From positions 24,868 through 88,867 of the forward strand of contig SIAN01000013.1 of assembly GCA_009691715.1 (NCBI GenBank): 64,000 nt of DNA, written 5' to 3'. Positions within the stretch are counted from its first letter, which is position 1. The number at the start of each line of letters is the position of its first letter. This DNA is from Planctomycetota bacterium (lineage in GTDB: Bacteria > Planctomycetota > B15-G4 > SIAN01). The position numbers were made by a program, and so were the translations under genes. The notes under the pieces are model-generated. The model was not told the DNA's origin. It worked only from the letters and a program-made list of their open reading frames with translations, and did no database searches. This document shows positions 36,658 through 45,854 of this stretch, piece by piece.

Positions 36658-39118
36658 GGCCCTTCAGCCGTTCGAGTTCGCCCTGCGTGAGATCGCGCGT
36701 GAGGACGTTGCTCCCGGGCAACTCCGCCGCCTGCTCTTCCAGCGCGCGCAGCCGCCGGTCGAGCCTTAGCGTCAGCGTCCGCAATCGCACCGGATCCTCG
36801 GCCGCGCGATCGTTCCGCTCGAGCGGGTCCTCGTCGAGGTTGAACAGCTTCAGTTCCGTCGCGCCGCCTTCCTTGCGCCAGCGCATCAGCTTCCACGGCC
36901 CGACCTCGAGCGCCTCGCGACCGCCCGGCTCGCGGAACGGACCGAACAGCAGCAGGAACTCGTGCTCGTCGTCCGTCTCGCCGGCGCCTGGTGCGAGCTG
37001 GTCGCGGCCGAAATCGAGCGGTTCCGGCGGCAGTTCGAGCAGGCTCGCGAGCGTGGCCGAGACATCGGCGAGGTCGACCTTGTCGCGGCGCACCGCGCCC
37101 GCCGGGACCCCCGGCCCGCGCAGCAGCCACGGCACCCGCGTTGACTCGCGCCAGAGCTCGAGCCGGTGGCCGAACTGCCCATGGTCGAGGTGCTCTTCGC
37201 CGTGGTCGGCGAGGATGCAGACGATGGTGTCGTCGGCGAGGTTGAGCGCGTCGAGTTCGCCGAGCAGCCGTGGGATCAACGTCGCGTCGGTCTCGTGGAG
37301 CGCCGCGGCGTAAAGCCGCTTCAGCCGCTCGAGCGCGGCCGCATCGCCCGCCATCGCCTTCTCGCCCATCACCAGCGGCTGGTCGCGCTCGATCCGGGCG
37401 GCGGGGTCGGCGAACTTCGCCAGGTACTCGGGGTGCGGGAAGTAGTTGTGCACGAAGAAGGTATGCACGAAGAGGAAGAACGGCTGCTCGTGGTGGGCGC
37501 GCATCCATTCGAGCGTCGGCGCCAGCCAGTCGGCGTCGCTGGCGCGCACGGCGCGCTGGTCGGGCGCCTCGTGGTTGTACTTGGTGAGCCCGAGCGGATC
37601 GTTGGTGCCGTAATAGTCGAAGCCGTAGCCGAATCCGTTGCGCGGCACCATCGGGCCGCCGCCGGTGAACGCCGCCGTGCACCAGCCCTGTTCGCGCAAC
37701 CGCGCCGCGAGCGGCCGCGATCGCACCGGGTCCATGTAGCGCGGATGGGCGATCATCCCGTGCAGGATCGGGTGCTGTCCGGTGAACAGGCTCATGTGCG
37801 TGGGCAGCGTCCAGGCGGAAGGAGACACGACCTGATCGAAGCGCGTCGCCTGTGTGGCGAAGGCGTCGAGGTGAGGCGTGAGCCCCTGCTTGTTCCCGTA
37901 GCAGCCGAGCAGATCGGAGCGCGTGGTGTCGAGCGAGATCAGCAGCAGGTTCTTGCGGCGCGGTCGATCGGGCGGCGCCGAGCCGAGCAATTCAGGAGCG
38001 CCAAACCAGCCGACCGCGTCGGTGTCGTCCGCGGTTTCCGCGGCGAACTCGATCGCGATCCGCTGTCCGGCCAGCGGCACGAGGTCGATCTCGACCGGCA
38101 CGAGTGCGGTCGCCTCGTCGATGCGAAACGTCGCCATCCGGCGACGCCACAGCTCGCGGCCCTCCGCGCGCACGACGAGGTCGACGGCTCGGCCACGCGA
38201 GTCGCAGAGCGCGCCCGGCAGAAAGCGCAGTCGCGGCCGTGTCGCCGGCACTGCGACGTGGAACGTGATCGCCGCCGCCGCCGGCACCAGCAGCGCGTCG
38301 CACACCTCGTCAACGAGATCGACGACGCGCCGGCGTGGATCGAGCGAGCCGTCGCAGGCGAGTCGCGGCGTGTGATGGATTCGCGCCGGCGTCGCGAGTC
38401 GGCGCAGTTCAACCCGGTCGATCTCGAGGCCCTGGTCCGACGGCAGCAGCGAGATGCTGATCGTTCGCGCACCGGCGCGCGGCGCGAGGAACAGCGACAA
38501 GTCGCGCCAGCCGCCGATCGCATCGTCGGGCAGAGCGCTCGCGCGACCGCCGAGGCGCTCCGCATCCGGGACTGCGAGCAACGCGGCGCGCAGCCCGGCC
38601 GCGTCCGGCGCTGCGATCGAGAGCGGGGTCATGCGCACTGCGGCACCGCGCGAACCGGCGGGCGCGCGCAGCCGTGCGCTTACGAGATAGGCAGCGTCCG
38701 GCTCGGTCGCGACCAGCGCGTGGAGGCCGTGGCTCGCGGCGTCGATCGCGCCGAGACGTCCGCTCTCGGTGGCGACGAGTCGCACGGCCGCACGGCGTGG
38801 CCGGTGGTCGTCGAGGAGGGATTCGTCGAGCCACGCGTCGTCGAACCACGGGAACGCCAGCGGCGCGTCGAACTCCTCGGCGAGGAGCACGGCGCTCGAT
38901 TCGTCGGCGACGCCGTCGAGGCCGCGCAGGCTCCCGTGCACCGTCGCGTCGGCGAGCTGGTCGAGCAGGTGGAGGGGCGTGGCGGCGCTGTGGGGCGCGG
39001 CCGACGAGGTGGTTGGTCGCGGATCGGCGCCGCTGCACGCGCCGACCAGCGATCCCACGAGCGTGGCCGCACCGATCGCGTTCCGCCGGGACTTCATGAA
39101 GCGGGCCGCGCGGTTCAT
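36638..39118 (-). CDS. Lipoprotein with N-terminal non-catalytic region plus sulfatase-like (alkaline-phosphatase superfamily) domain; T-x-P-x-H in place of C/S-x-P-x-R
   Basis: 826 aa. Lipobox TLVGSLVGAC. Metal site LLISLDTTRSD; nucleophile region SPSAWTLPTHMSLFTG; ILADHGEE...GHR. C-terminal ELERLKGLGY tail shared with the paralogs. Confidence 0.8.
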   Translation of the reverse strand: MNRAARFMKSRRNAIGAATLVGSLVGACSGADPRPTTSSAAPHSAATPLHLLDQLADATVHGSLRGLDGVADESSAVLLAEEFDAPLAFPWFDDAWLDESLLDDHRPRRAAVRLVATESGRLGAIDAASHGLHALVATEPDAAYLVSARLRAPAGSRGAAVRMTPLSIAAPDAAGLRAALLAVPDAERLGGRASALPDDAIGGWRDLSLFLAPRAGARTISISLLPSDQGLEIDRVELRRLATPARIHHTPRLACDGSLDPRRRVVDLVDEVCDALLVPAAAAITFHVAVPATRPRLRFLPGALCDSRGRAVDLVVRAEGRELWRRRMATFRIDEATALVPVEIDLVPLAGQRIAIEFAAETADDTDAVGWFGAPELLGSAPPDRPRRKNLLLISLDTTRSDLLGCYGNKQGLTPHLDAFATQATRFDQVVSPSAWTLPTHMSLFTGQHPILHGMIAHPRYMDPVRSRPLAARLREQGWCTAAFTGGGPMVPRNGFGYGFDYYGTNDPLGLTKYNHEAPDQRAVRASDADWLAPTLEWMRAHHEQPFFLFVHTFFVHNYFPHPEYLAKFADPAARIERDQPLVMGEKAMAGDAAALERLKRLYAAALHETDATLIPRLLGELDALNLADDTIVCILADHGEEHLDHGQFGHRLELWRESTRVPWLLRGPGVPAGAVRRDKVDLADVSATLASLLELPPEPLDFGRDQLAPGAGETDDEHEFLLLFGPFREPGGREALEVGPWKLMRWRKEGGATELKLFNLDEDPLERNDRAAEDPVRLRTLTLRLDRRLRALEEQAAELPGSNVLTRDLTQGELERLKGLGYGDG

Positions 39119-40299
39119 CCGAGCACCGACGAGCCGTAGGCCCCACTGCGCCGCGCGCCGCGCGCAAAACGGTCGGGGGCGAAGAAGTCACGCTCGAACG
39201 GGCCCGCATCGCCGCCCGCGACCAGCGCCGTGACCGCGTCGCCGACGCTCGGTCCGAGCTTGAAGCCGTGACCGCTGAAGCCAGACACGACGAGCAAGCC
39301 GTCGTGACCCGCCACCGGGCCGATCAGCGCCTGCGCGTCGGGAGTCACGGTGTAGAGCGCCGCGACGCCGCCCCAGCAGACGGCCTCGCGATAGCCGGCC
39401 ACTCTCCGCGCGAGGCGCGCGCGGCTGTCGGCGAGGAATGCGCCGCTCACGCCTTCGTCGCTCGAGTCGGGGTCAGGGACGGCGCGATCGTGCTCGTAGG
39501 AGAGGCGGCCGACGCGGGTGAATCCGGTGGTCTCGCTCTTCCAGTACAGATCGTTCACGAGGTCGGCCCAAATGCAGCGGTCGGGGCCGTGTCCTGCCGG
39601 CGGGATGAAGAACGCCTGCTCCGGCGCGACGGCGGAGAGCGGCAGGTCGGCGCCGGCGGCGAGCAGCAGCGCGCGCGACCACGGACCGCCGCAGACGACG
39701 ACGGTGCGCGCCGCGACGCGCGTGCCGTCGGCGAGGCGCACGCCGGTCGCGCGTCGATTTGCGTCCTGCTCGATCGCGGCCACGCCGCAACCTTCGTGCA
39801 GCTCCGCGCCGGCGGCGCGCGCCTGCGCCGCGACGGCGGCGAGCGTGAGGTGGGGGATCACGAACGAAGCCGCGCGCTCGAAGCAGCCGATCTCACCGTC
39901 GGCGAACGTCGCGCGCGGCTCGAACGTGCGCAGTCCGGCGGCATCGAGCGACTCGACCTCGACTCCGAGCGACCGTTGCAGCGCCACGTTGCGCTCGAGG
40001 CCGACGCGGTCGGCGGGCCCGCAGACGAAGGCCATGCCGGGATTCTGGAGGCCGATGCCTCCAGGCGCGCGCTCGTGCAGCGCGCGGTAGGCGGCGAGGC
40101 TGCTCTGCGCCATCGCGATCAGCGTCTGGTGCGAATAGTGCTGGCGCAAGATCGCGCCCGACTTGCCCGACTCGCCCGCTCCGAAGCGCCGCTTCTCGAA
40201 CAGCACCACTCGTCCGGCGCGCGCCGCAGCGAGCCTCGCGGCCACGTTGAGGCCCATGATCCCGCCGCCGATCACGATCACGTCGGCGCTGCGATCCAC
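39115..40299 (-). CDS. FAD-dependent oxidoreductase (DAO family; sarcosine/D-amino-acid oxidase-like)
   Basis: 394 aa. Dinucleotide-binding N-terminus DVIVIGGGIMGLNVAARL...VVLFEK; C-terminal GFSGHGFKLGPSVG, typical of the DAO family. Confidence 0.8.
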   Translation of the reverse strand: MDRSADVIVIGGGIMGLNVAARLAAARAGRVVLFEKRRFGAGESGKSGAILRQHYSHQTLIAMAQSSLAAYRALHERAPGGIGLQNPGMAFVCGPADRVGLERNVALQRSLGVEVESLDAAGLRTFEPRATFADGEIGCFERAASFVIPHLTLAAVAAQARAAGAELHEGCGVAAIEQDANRRATGVRLADGTRVAARTVVVCGGPWSRALLLAAGADLPLSAVAPEQAFFIPPAGHGPDRCIWADLVNDLYWKSETTGFTRVGRLSYEHDRAVPDPDSSDEGVSGAFLADSRARLARRVAGYREAVCWGGVAALYTVTPDAQALIGPVAGHDGLLVVSGFSGHGFKLGPSVGDAVTALVAGGDAGPFERDFFAPDRFARGARRSGAYGSSVLG

Positions 40300-40302
40300 A
40301 CT

Positions 40303-41757
40303 TCAGCTCCCGGGCTTGCCGAGTTTCTGGAGCAGCAATTCGCGGATCAGGTTCGGATCGCCTTTGCCCTTGGTCGCCCGCATCGCCCGGCCGAGCAGCG
40401 CGTTCAGCGCCGTCTCCTTGCCGCCGCGGTAGTCGGCGACGACCTTGGTCTCGGTCGAGATCACTTCGTCGATGGTCGCCGCAAGCGCGCCGCTGTCGCG
40501 GATCTGCAGCAGGTCGAGGGCGACGGCCGAATTCTGCGCGTCGACGCCGGTCTCGAGCATGCGGCGCAGCACCTTCTTCGCCGCTTGGTGCGAAAGTTCG
40601 CCGCGCTCCTCCATCTGCACCAGGGCATGCAGTTCGGTGGCAGTGATCTTGAGTTCGCTGATGTCGCTCTTGGTTGAGCCCTTGGTCTCGCCGAGGAAAG
40701 CGAGCACCTCGCCTTGGATCCAGTTGGCGGCGCTCTTTGGCGACAGGCCGGCCGCGACCACGCTCTCGAAGAAGAGCGCGGTCGCCGGCTCTTCGGTCAG
40801 CACGCGCGTGTCGTAGTCGGTGAGTCCCCACGACGCCTGGTAGCGCCGCCGCTTGGCCACGAAGCCCTCGGGCAACGCGGCGCGCGCCTGCTCGATCCGG
40901 TTGCGCCCGACATCGAACAGCGGCAGGTCGGGGTCGGGGAAGTAGCGGTAGTCGTGCGCGTCCTCCTTCTTGCGCATCGCGATCGTGCTGCCCTCGGTGT
41001 CGCGGAACGAACGGGTCTCCTGCACGATCGGCTCGCCGCGCGCAACCATCTCGCTCTGCCGCGCGATCTCGAACATCAACGCCCGTTCCACGTTCTTGAA
41101 CGAGTTGATGTTTTTCACCTCGACCTTGGTGCCGAGCTTCTCCTGCCCCTTCGGTCGCACCGAGATGTTGGCGTCGCAGCGCAGCGACCCCTTCTCCATG
41201 TCGCACTCGGAGACGCCGGCGAAGCGCAACGTGCGCCGCAGCGTCTGCAGGTAGGCCGACGCCTCCGCCGGCGAGCAGAGGTCGGGCATGCCGACGATCT
41301 CGACCAGCGGCACGCCGGCACGATTCAAGTCGACCAGCGAGACGTTCGCACCGTCGGGGTGGAGCGCCTTGCCGGCGTCCTCCTCCATGTGGATGCGGCG
41401 GATCTTGGCGACCTTGGTCCCGCCCTTCTCGAGCTCGAACTCGAGTTCGCCCCATTCGCACAACGGCTCGTCGAACTGCGAGATCTGGTAGCCCTTCGGC
41501 AGGTCGGGGTAGTAGTAGTTCTTGCGGTCGAACTTGATCTGGTCGCGGATCGTGCAATGCAACGCGAGGCCGGCGTTCAACGCGAGGGCGAGCGCCTGCT
41601 CGTTCAGGACCGGCAGCGCGCCGGGCTGCGCAGTGCAGACCGGGCAGATGCGCGAGTTCGGCGTTCCGCCGAAGTCGGCGACGCAGCGGCAGAAGAGCTT
41701 CGAGCGCGTCGCCAGCTGGCAATGCACCTCGAGACCGATGACCGGTTCAAGCTCCAC
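40303..41757 (-). CDS. gatB: Aspartyl/glutamyl-tRNA(Asn/Gln) amidotransferase subunit B
   Basis: 484 aa. MELEPVIGLEVHCQLATRSKLFC, DLNRAGVPLVEIV, CDANISVRP, and a C-terminal YqeY-like tail. Confidence 0.93.
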   Translation of the reverse strand: MELEPVIGLEVHCQLATRSKLFCRCVADFGGTPNSRICPVCTAQPGALPVLNEQALALALNAGLALHCTIRDQIKFDRKNYYYPDLPKGYQISQFDEPLCEWGELEFELEKGGTKVAKIRRIHMEEDAGKALHPDGANVSLVDLNRAGVPLVEIVGMPDLCSPAEASAYLQTLRRTLRFAGVSECDMEKGSLRCDANISVRPKGQEKLGTKVEVKNINSFKNVERALMFEIARQSEMVARGEPIVQETRSFRDTEGSTIAMRKKEDAHDYRYFPDPDLPLFDVGRNRIEQARAALPEGFVAKRRRYQASWGLTDYDTRVLTEEPATALFFESVVAAGLSPKSAANWIQGEVLAFLGETKGSTKSDISELKITATELHALVQMEERGELSHQAAKKVLRRMLETGVDAQNSAVALDLLQIRDSGALAATIDEVISTETKVVADYRGGKETALNALLGRAMRATKGKGDPNLIRELLLQKLGKPGS

Positions 41758-43219
41758 GAGGCGACTCCAGCGGGGAGAGGTCGAGCGCGAGTGCGCGTTC
41801 GAGGGCGCGCGCGACGGCGAGCAGCCGCGCGTCGGCGCCGCTCGGTCCCTGCAGCTGCACGCCGATCGGCAGGCCCGACTTCGAGCGGCCGCACGGGATC
41901 GAGAGCGCCGGCAGTCCGGCCAGCGGTGCCGGCGCGGTGAAGACGTCGCACAGGTACATCTGCACCGGATCGTCGCTCTTCTCGCCGAGCGGGAAGGCCG
42001 GCGTCGGCGTGGTCGGGCCGAGCACGAGGTCGCACTGCTCGAAGGCCTTCGCGAACTCCTCGCCGATGCGCTGGCGCACCTGCAGCGCCTTCTTGTAGTA
42101 GGCGTCGTAGTAGCCGGAAGAGAGCGCGTAGGTGCCCAGCATGATCCGCCGCTTCACCTCGTCGCCGAAGCGCCGCCGCGTCGCGCCGTACATGCCGGCG
42201 AGGTCGCCCGCCTCGTCGCGCGGGCCGTAGCGCACTCCGTCGAAGCGGGCGAGGTTGCTCGACGCTTCCGAAGTGACCACGAGGTAGTAGGTCGGGATCG
42301 CGTACTCGGTGAGAGGCAGCGCGAGCGGCACGAGCCGCGCGCCGGCTGCGACCGCAAGCTGCTCGACGCGCTGCACGGCCGCGCGCACTTCGGCATCGAC
42401 GCCATCGGAGTGGTACTCGGCCGGCACGCCGATGCGCAGCCCGGTGAGGGCGCCGTCACGACGGGCACCGACGCCATCGAACGCGCCCGCGCGCGAGGTC
42501 GAGTCGCGCTCGTCATGGCCGGCGATCACGTCCATCAGCAACGTGCAATCCTCGACGTTCAACGCCATCGGCCCGACCTGATCGAGCGACGAAGCGAAGG
42601 CGATCAGCCCGTAGCGCGAGACCGCGCCGTAGGTCGGGCGATGGCCGACGATGCCGCAGAGCGCCGCCGGTTGCCGAACGGAGCCGCCGGTGTCGGAGCC
42701 GAGCGCGAGCGGGGCGAAGCCGGCCGCGACCGCCGCCGCGCTGCCCCCGCTCGAGCCGCCGGGCACGCGCTTCAGGTCATGCGGGTTGCGCGACGCACCG
42801 AAGCTCGAGTTCTCGGTCGACGCGCCCATCGCGAACTCGTCCAAGTTGGTCTTGCCGAGGATCACTCCGCCGGCGGCCTTGATGCGCTCGATGACATGGG
42901 CGTCATACGGCGGCGTGTAGCCGACGAGGATCTGCGAGGCGCAGGTGGTCGGAAGACCTCGAGTGCAGAGGTTGTCCTTGATCGCGACCGGGACGCCGAG
43001 CAGCGCGCCGGTCCGATCGCCGCGCGCGATGCGGGCGTCGATGGCGTCGGCGTCGGCGCGCACCTGGACTGGGTCGAGGTGCAGAAACGCGTGCACGGCG
43101 CCGTCGTGGCGGGCGATGCGGGCGAGGAAGTGGTCGGCGGCATCGCGTGCGCGAACGTGGCCGCTCCGGATGGCGGCGGCGAGGGCGGTGGCGGAGCGGG
43201 AAAGTTCGGGCGGGAGCAT
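41747..43219 (-). CDS. gatA: Glutamyl-tRNA(Gln) amidotransferase subunit A
   Basis: 490 aa from ATG 43219 (in frame with the 596-aa track ORF). Amidase signature GGSSGGSAAAVAAG...GSDTGGSVRQPA; KDNLCT. Confidence 0.93.
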   Translation of the reverse strand: MLPPELSRSATALAAAIRSGHVRARDAADHFLARIARHDGAVHAFLHLDPVQVRADADAIDARIARGDRTGALLGVPVAIKDNLCTRGLPTTCASQILVGYTPPYDAHVIERIKAAGGVILGKTNLDEFAMGASTENSSFGASRNPHDLKRVPGGSSGGSAAAVAAGFAPLALGSDTGGSVRQPAALCGIVGHRPTYGAVSRYGLIAFASSLDQVGPMALNVEDCTLLMDVIAGHDERDSTSRAGAFDGVGARRDGALTGLRIGVPAEYHSDGVDAEVRAAVQRVEQLAVAAGARLVPLALPLTEYAIPTYYLVVTSEASSNLARFDGVRYGPRDEAGDLAGMYGATRRRFGDEVKRRIMLGTYALSSGYYDAYYKKALQVRQRIGEEFAKAFEQCDLVLGPTTPTPAFPLGEKSDDPVQMYLCDVFTAPAPLAGLPALSIPCGRSKSGLPIGVQLQGPSGADARLLAVARALERALALDLSPLESPRGA

Positions 43220-43230
43220 GGTCGCGTCTC

Positions 43231-43512
43231 TCACTCGAGCACACGCGGGACGCGGTAGAGCTCGCCCTCGGCGCCGCGCGACAGCTGCACCAGCGGGTCT
43301 TTCGTGACGAAAGGCGCCGCGACGTCGGGCCGCAACGGCGAACGCATGTCCGCCGGGTGCGAGGCTGGCGCGACTCCATCGGTTGGCACTTCGGAGAGCT
43401 TCTGGAAGTAGCCGAGGATCGCGGTGAGCTGCCCGGCCATGCGAGTCAACTCCGCCTCGGTGAGCGACAGGCGAGAGAGCCCGGCGATCTTCTGCGCTTC
43501 GCGGACGTCCAT
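43231..43512 (-). CDS. gatC: Glutamyl-tRNA(Gln) amidotransferase subunit C
   Basis: 93 aa. VREAQKIAGLSRLSLTEAELTRMAGQLTAILGYFQKL is typical of GatC; it lies directly upstream of gatA. Confidence 0.88.
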   Translation of the reverse strand: MDVREAQKIAGLSRLSLTEAELTRMAGQLTAILGYFQKLSEVPTDGVAPASHPADMRSPLRPDVAAPFVTKDPLVQLSRGAEGELYRVPRVLE

Positions 43513-43520
43513 TCTTGCTC

Positions 43521-43562
43521 CAAACCGTCCGGCTCAAACCGTCCTGCTACCAACCGCTCCCG
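43521..43562. repeat. 14-bp tandem direct repeat (CAAACCGTCCGGCT, CAAACCGTCCTGCT, degenerate third copy) just upstream of gatC
   Basis: Units at 43521-43534 and 43535-43548 differ at one base. The third unit at 43549-43562 (ACCAACCGCTCCCG) is partly similar. Confidence 0.5.
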
Positions 43563-43721
43563 CCCGAGACGCGCAGCGGAGAAAGGGCGCCAACGTAGCG
43601 GCTCGCCGCAGGCACGGAAGCGCGGCGCCGGTGGTGGCGCCGCATGCAGCGCGGTATCGTCCCCGCCCGTCGGTCGCTCGCACGTTGATGACCCACCAGA
43701 TCCCGGGGAGAAGGTTCGGGG

Positions 43722-44312
43722 ATGCTCGACCGGCTCAATCCCACCGTCATCGGCTGTGCGCTGAACGTGATCGGCCTGTTCTTCCTGGCCTCCGCGATCT
43801 CGTTCAAGCAGCCGCGACGCCAGATCGAGGAGTTGCTCGGCCTCGAGCGCTCCCGTTCGCTCCTCTTGGTGCGCGAACACCTGGTCAATCAGATCCAGAC
43901 CTACCTCGGGTTCGGGATCCTCGTGATCGGTTTCGTGCTGCTGATGGGGGAGGCGCTCGAACGCACCCGGCCGGTCGGCGCGGAGGGCAGTGATCCGCAC
44001 CTCGTCTGGATCGTCGCTCTGCTCACGGTCGCGATGCTCGGCACGACCGCCGCCCTGAAGCTGATCAAGGAAGGCTACGTCCGCTCGAAATTCCGCCGGC
44101 TGCTTCGTGAAGTGGTGCGCGACTCGAAGTTCAACCTCGAGAAGAGCCCGCAGCTCGCCGTCCAGATCGGTGAACTGCTCCACATCCCGAAGGGCGCCGA
44201 CGAGTCGGTCGCCGAGTACATCGGCAAGGTGCGCGCGGTGCTCGGCCTCGCGCCATTGGGTTCCGGCGGCGCCGGGCTCTCCGGCGGATTGCGCCCGAGG
44301 CCGACCAAGTAG
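43722..44312 (+). CDS. Hypothetical membrane protein (3 predicted helices)
   Basis: 196 aa. Hydrophobic segments VIGCALNVIGLFFLASAI, YLGFGILVIGFVLLMG and VWIVALLTVAMLGTTAAL. No family recognised. Confidence 0.55.
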   Translation: MLDRLNPTVIGCALNVIGLFFLASAISFKQPRRQIEELLGLERSRSLLLVREHLVNQIQTYLGFGILVIGFVLLMGEALERTRPVGAEGSDPHLVWIVALLTVAMLGTTAALKLIKEGYVRSKFRRLLREVVRDSKFNLEKSPQLAVQIGELLHIPKGADESVAEYIGKVRAVLGLAPLGSGGAGLSGGLRPRPTK

Positions 44313-44381
44313 GCGCGCGCCGATCGGTCCGACGCCGCCATCGCCGCGTCACCGCAGCAGCCCGGCGCCGTCTCAGGCGCG

Positions 44382-45086
44382 ATGCTCGAACGTCTGCTTC
44401 AATCCGTCGGTGGCGTGGTCGATCGTGCCGACCAGCTGCTGTTTCCGCGCGACTGCCTTGCCTGCGACGCGCCGCGACCGCGGCGGGCGGAGGTGGCGGG
44501 GTTGTGCGAGTCGTGCGTGGCGCAGTTGCCGTGGCGTGGACGCGAGTCGGCGCCTGAGACGGCGCCGCTCGAGATCGGGAAACGGCGATTCGCGGCGGTC
44601 GTGGTCGCGATGCGCTACCAGCCGCCCATCGATGAGCTCGTGCTGCGGCTGAAGTACGGTGGCGTCGAGCTCGCGGCGCGGCCATTGGCAGAGATGCTGG
44701 CGCGCGCGATCGCGGCCGCGTCCCTGCGGGAGCGACCCGAGTTGCTGGTCGCCGTGCCGATGCATCCGCTCAAGCGCTGGTTGCGCGGTGGCGACCATGC
44801 GCAGCGGCTGGCCGAGGAGCTGGGGATTCGTCTGCGCCTGCCGGTCGCAGCGGCACTCGTGCGCGGCCGCGCCACCCATGCGCAAGGCGGCGCGCGATCG
44901 CTACGCGAGCGGATCGCGCAAGTGCGAGCCGCCTTCCGCGCGCGTGGCCACCGCATCGTCGGTGCTCACGTCGGGCTCGTCGACGACGTCGTCACTTCGG
45001 GCGCCACCGCCGCCGCCGCCGCGAAGGCCCTGCGGCGCGGCGGCGCGCGCGCCGTCACCCTGTTGGCCGTCGCCGGCAATGGCTGA
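44382..45086 (+). CDS. comF: ComF-family protein (phosphoribosyltransferase domain with N-terminal Cys-pair zinc finger)
   Basis: 234 aa. CLAC...CESC Cys pairs at the N-terminus. PRTase motif VGLVDDVVTSGATAAAAA near the C-terminus. Confidence 0.8.
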   Translation: MLERLLQSVGGVVDRADQLLFPRDCLACDAPRPRRAEVAGLCESCVAQLPWRGRESAPETAPLEIGKRRFAAVVVAMRYQPPIDELVLRLKYGGVELAARPLAEMLARAIAAASLRERPELLVAVPMHPLKRWLRGGDHAQRLAEELGIRLRLPVAAALVRGRATHAQGGARSLRERIAQVRAAFRARGHRIVGAHVGLVDDVVTSGATAAAAAKALRRGGARAVTLLAVAGNG

Positions 45087-45131
45087 CCGGAATGGTCCAC
45101 CGGCGCCGCCAGAGCGGAGCCGGCAATTGCA

Positions 45132-45854
45132 CTACTGCGCGCCGCGCGCCTCTTCGCGGAGCATGCGCAGGTCGCGCACGAACTGCGCGATCGCCTTGCG
45201 GTCGTCTTCGACGATGTCGCCGAACTCGGCCGTCACCTTGATCCCGTCCTTGGTCTTCTCTGCGCCGCGGATGGTGCACGGGAAGTCGAAGTAGTAGGCG
45301 CGCATGAAGAGCGGCAGGCGGAACTTCGCCTTGATCGCGGCGCCGGTGGGGAAGAGCGACGTCTCGCCGCCCGACAGGAAGGTGATCGCCTGTTCTTCGA
45401 GGCTGGCCATTTTCGCGATGCCGCCGACGTCGGCGTACTTCTTGTTCAGCACGGTGTCGTTGAAACGGACCAGCACCGCGTTCTCGGTCGGCACGTCGAC
45501 CTGCTCGTTGTTGCTCTTGCGCAGCGTCTTGGCCGCCTCTTCGTCGGTGGCGTAGGACTTGAGCAGCTGGCTGAGGCCGAGCAGTTCCATCGTCTCTTTG
45601 ACGCGCGCGCTCGGCTCCGACAGCACGAGGTCGCCGCCCAGACCGCGCACCCGCTTGCGCGCTTTAATCAGGCTGCCGACGGCGGTCGAGTTGATGAACA
45701 GCACCAAGCGCATGTTCGCGGTGATGTGGGTCGTGCCCGACTGGATGATCGACTCGATCTGTTCCAGGAAAGGGTTGGCCGCGAAGGCATCGAAGTCGCC
45801 GGTCATGGTGAGACAGGCGACGCCTTGGTCGAGCACGGTGCGCTGGATCTTCAT
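45132..45854 (-). CDS. STAS-domain protein (anti-sigma-factor-antagonist type) fused to a PilZ-like C-terminal beta-barrel with degenerate c-di-GMP motifs
   Basis: 240 aa from ATG 45854 (AGGAG 5 nt upstream). STAS pattern: LTMTGDFDAFAANPFLEQI...LVLFINSTAVGSLIKARKRVRGLGGDLVL...ETMELLGL. The C-terminal part (IKAKFRLPL...CTIRGAEKTKDGIKVTAEFGDIVEDDRKAIAQFV) resembles the PilZ second half, but I see no RxxxR or clean D/NxSxxG motif. Confidence 0.65.
   Translation of the reverse strand: MKIQRTVLDQGVACLTMTGDFDAFAANPFLEQIESIIQSGTTHITANMRLVLFINSTAVGSLIKARKRVRGLGGDLVLSEPSARVKETMELLGLSQLLKSYATDEEAAKTLRKSNNEQVDVPTENAVLVRFNDTVLNKKYADVGGIAKMASLEEQAITFLSGGETSLFPTGAAIKAKFRLPLFMRAYYFDFPCTIRGAEKTKDGIKVTAEFGDIVEDDRKAIAQFVRDLRMLREEARGAQ

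Noticed and set aside
34978-39139. 570-aa and 657-aa plus-strand ORFs
   Set aside because: They are antisense to the GT39-like and sulfatase-like genes. No motifs are present and the composition is shadow-ORF-like.
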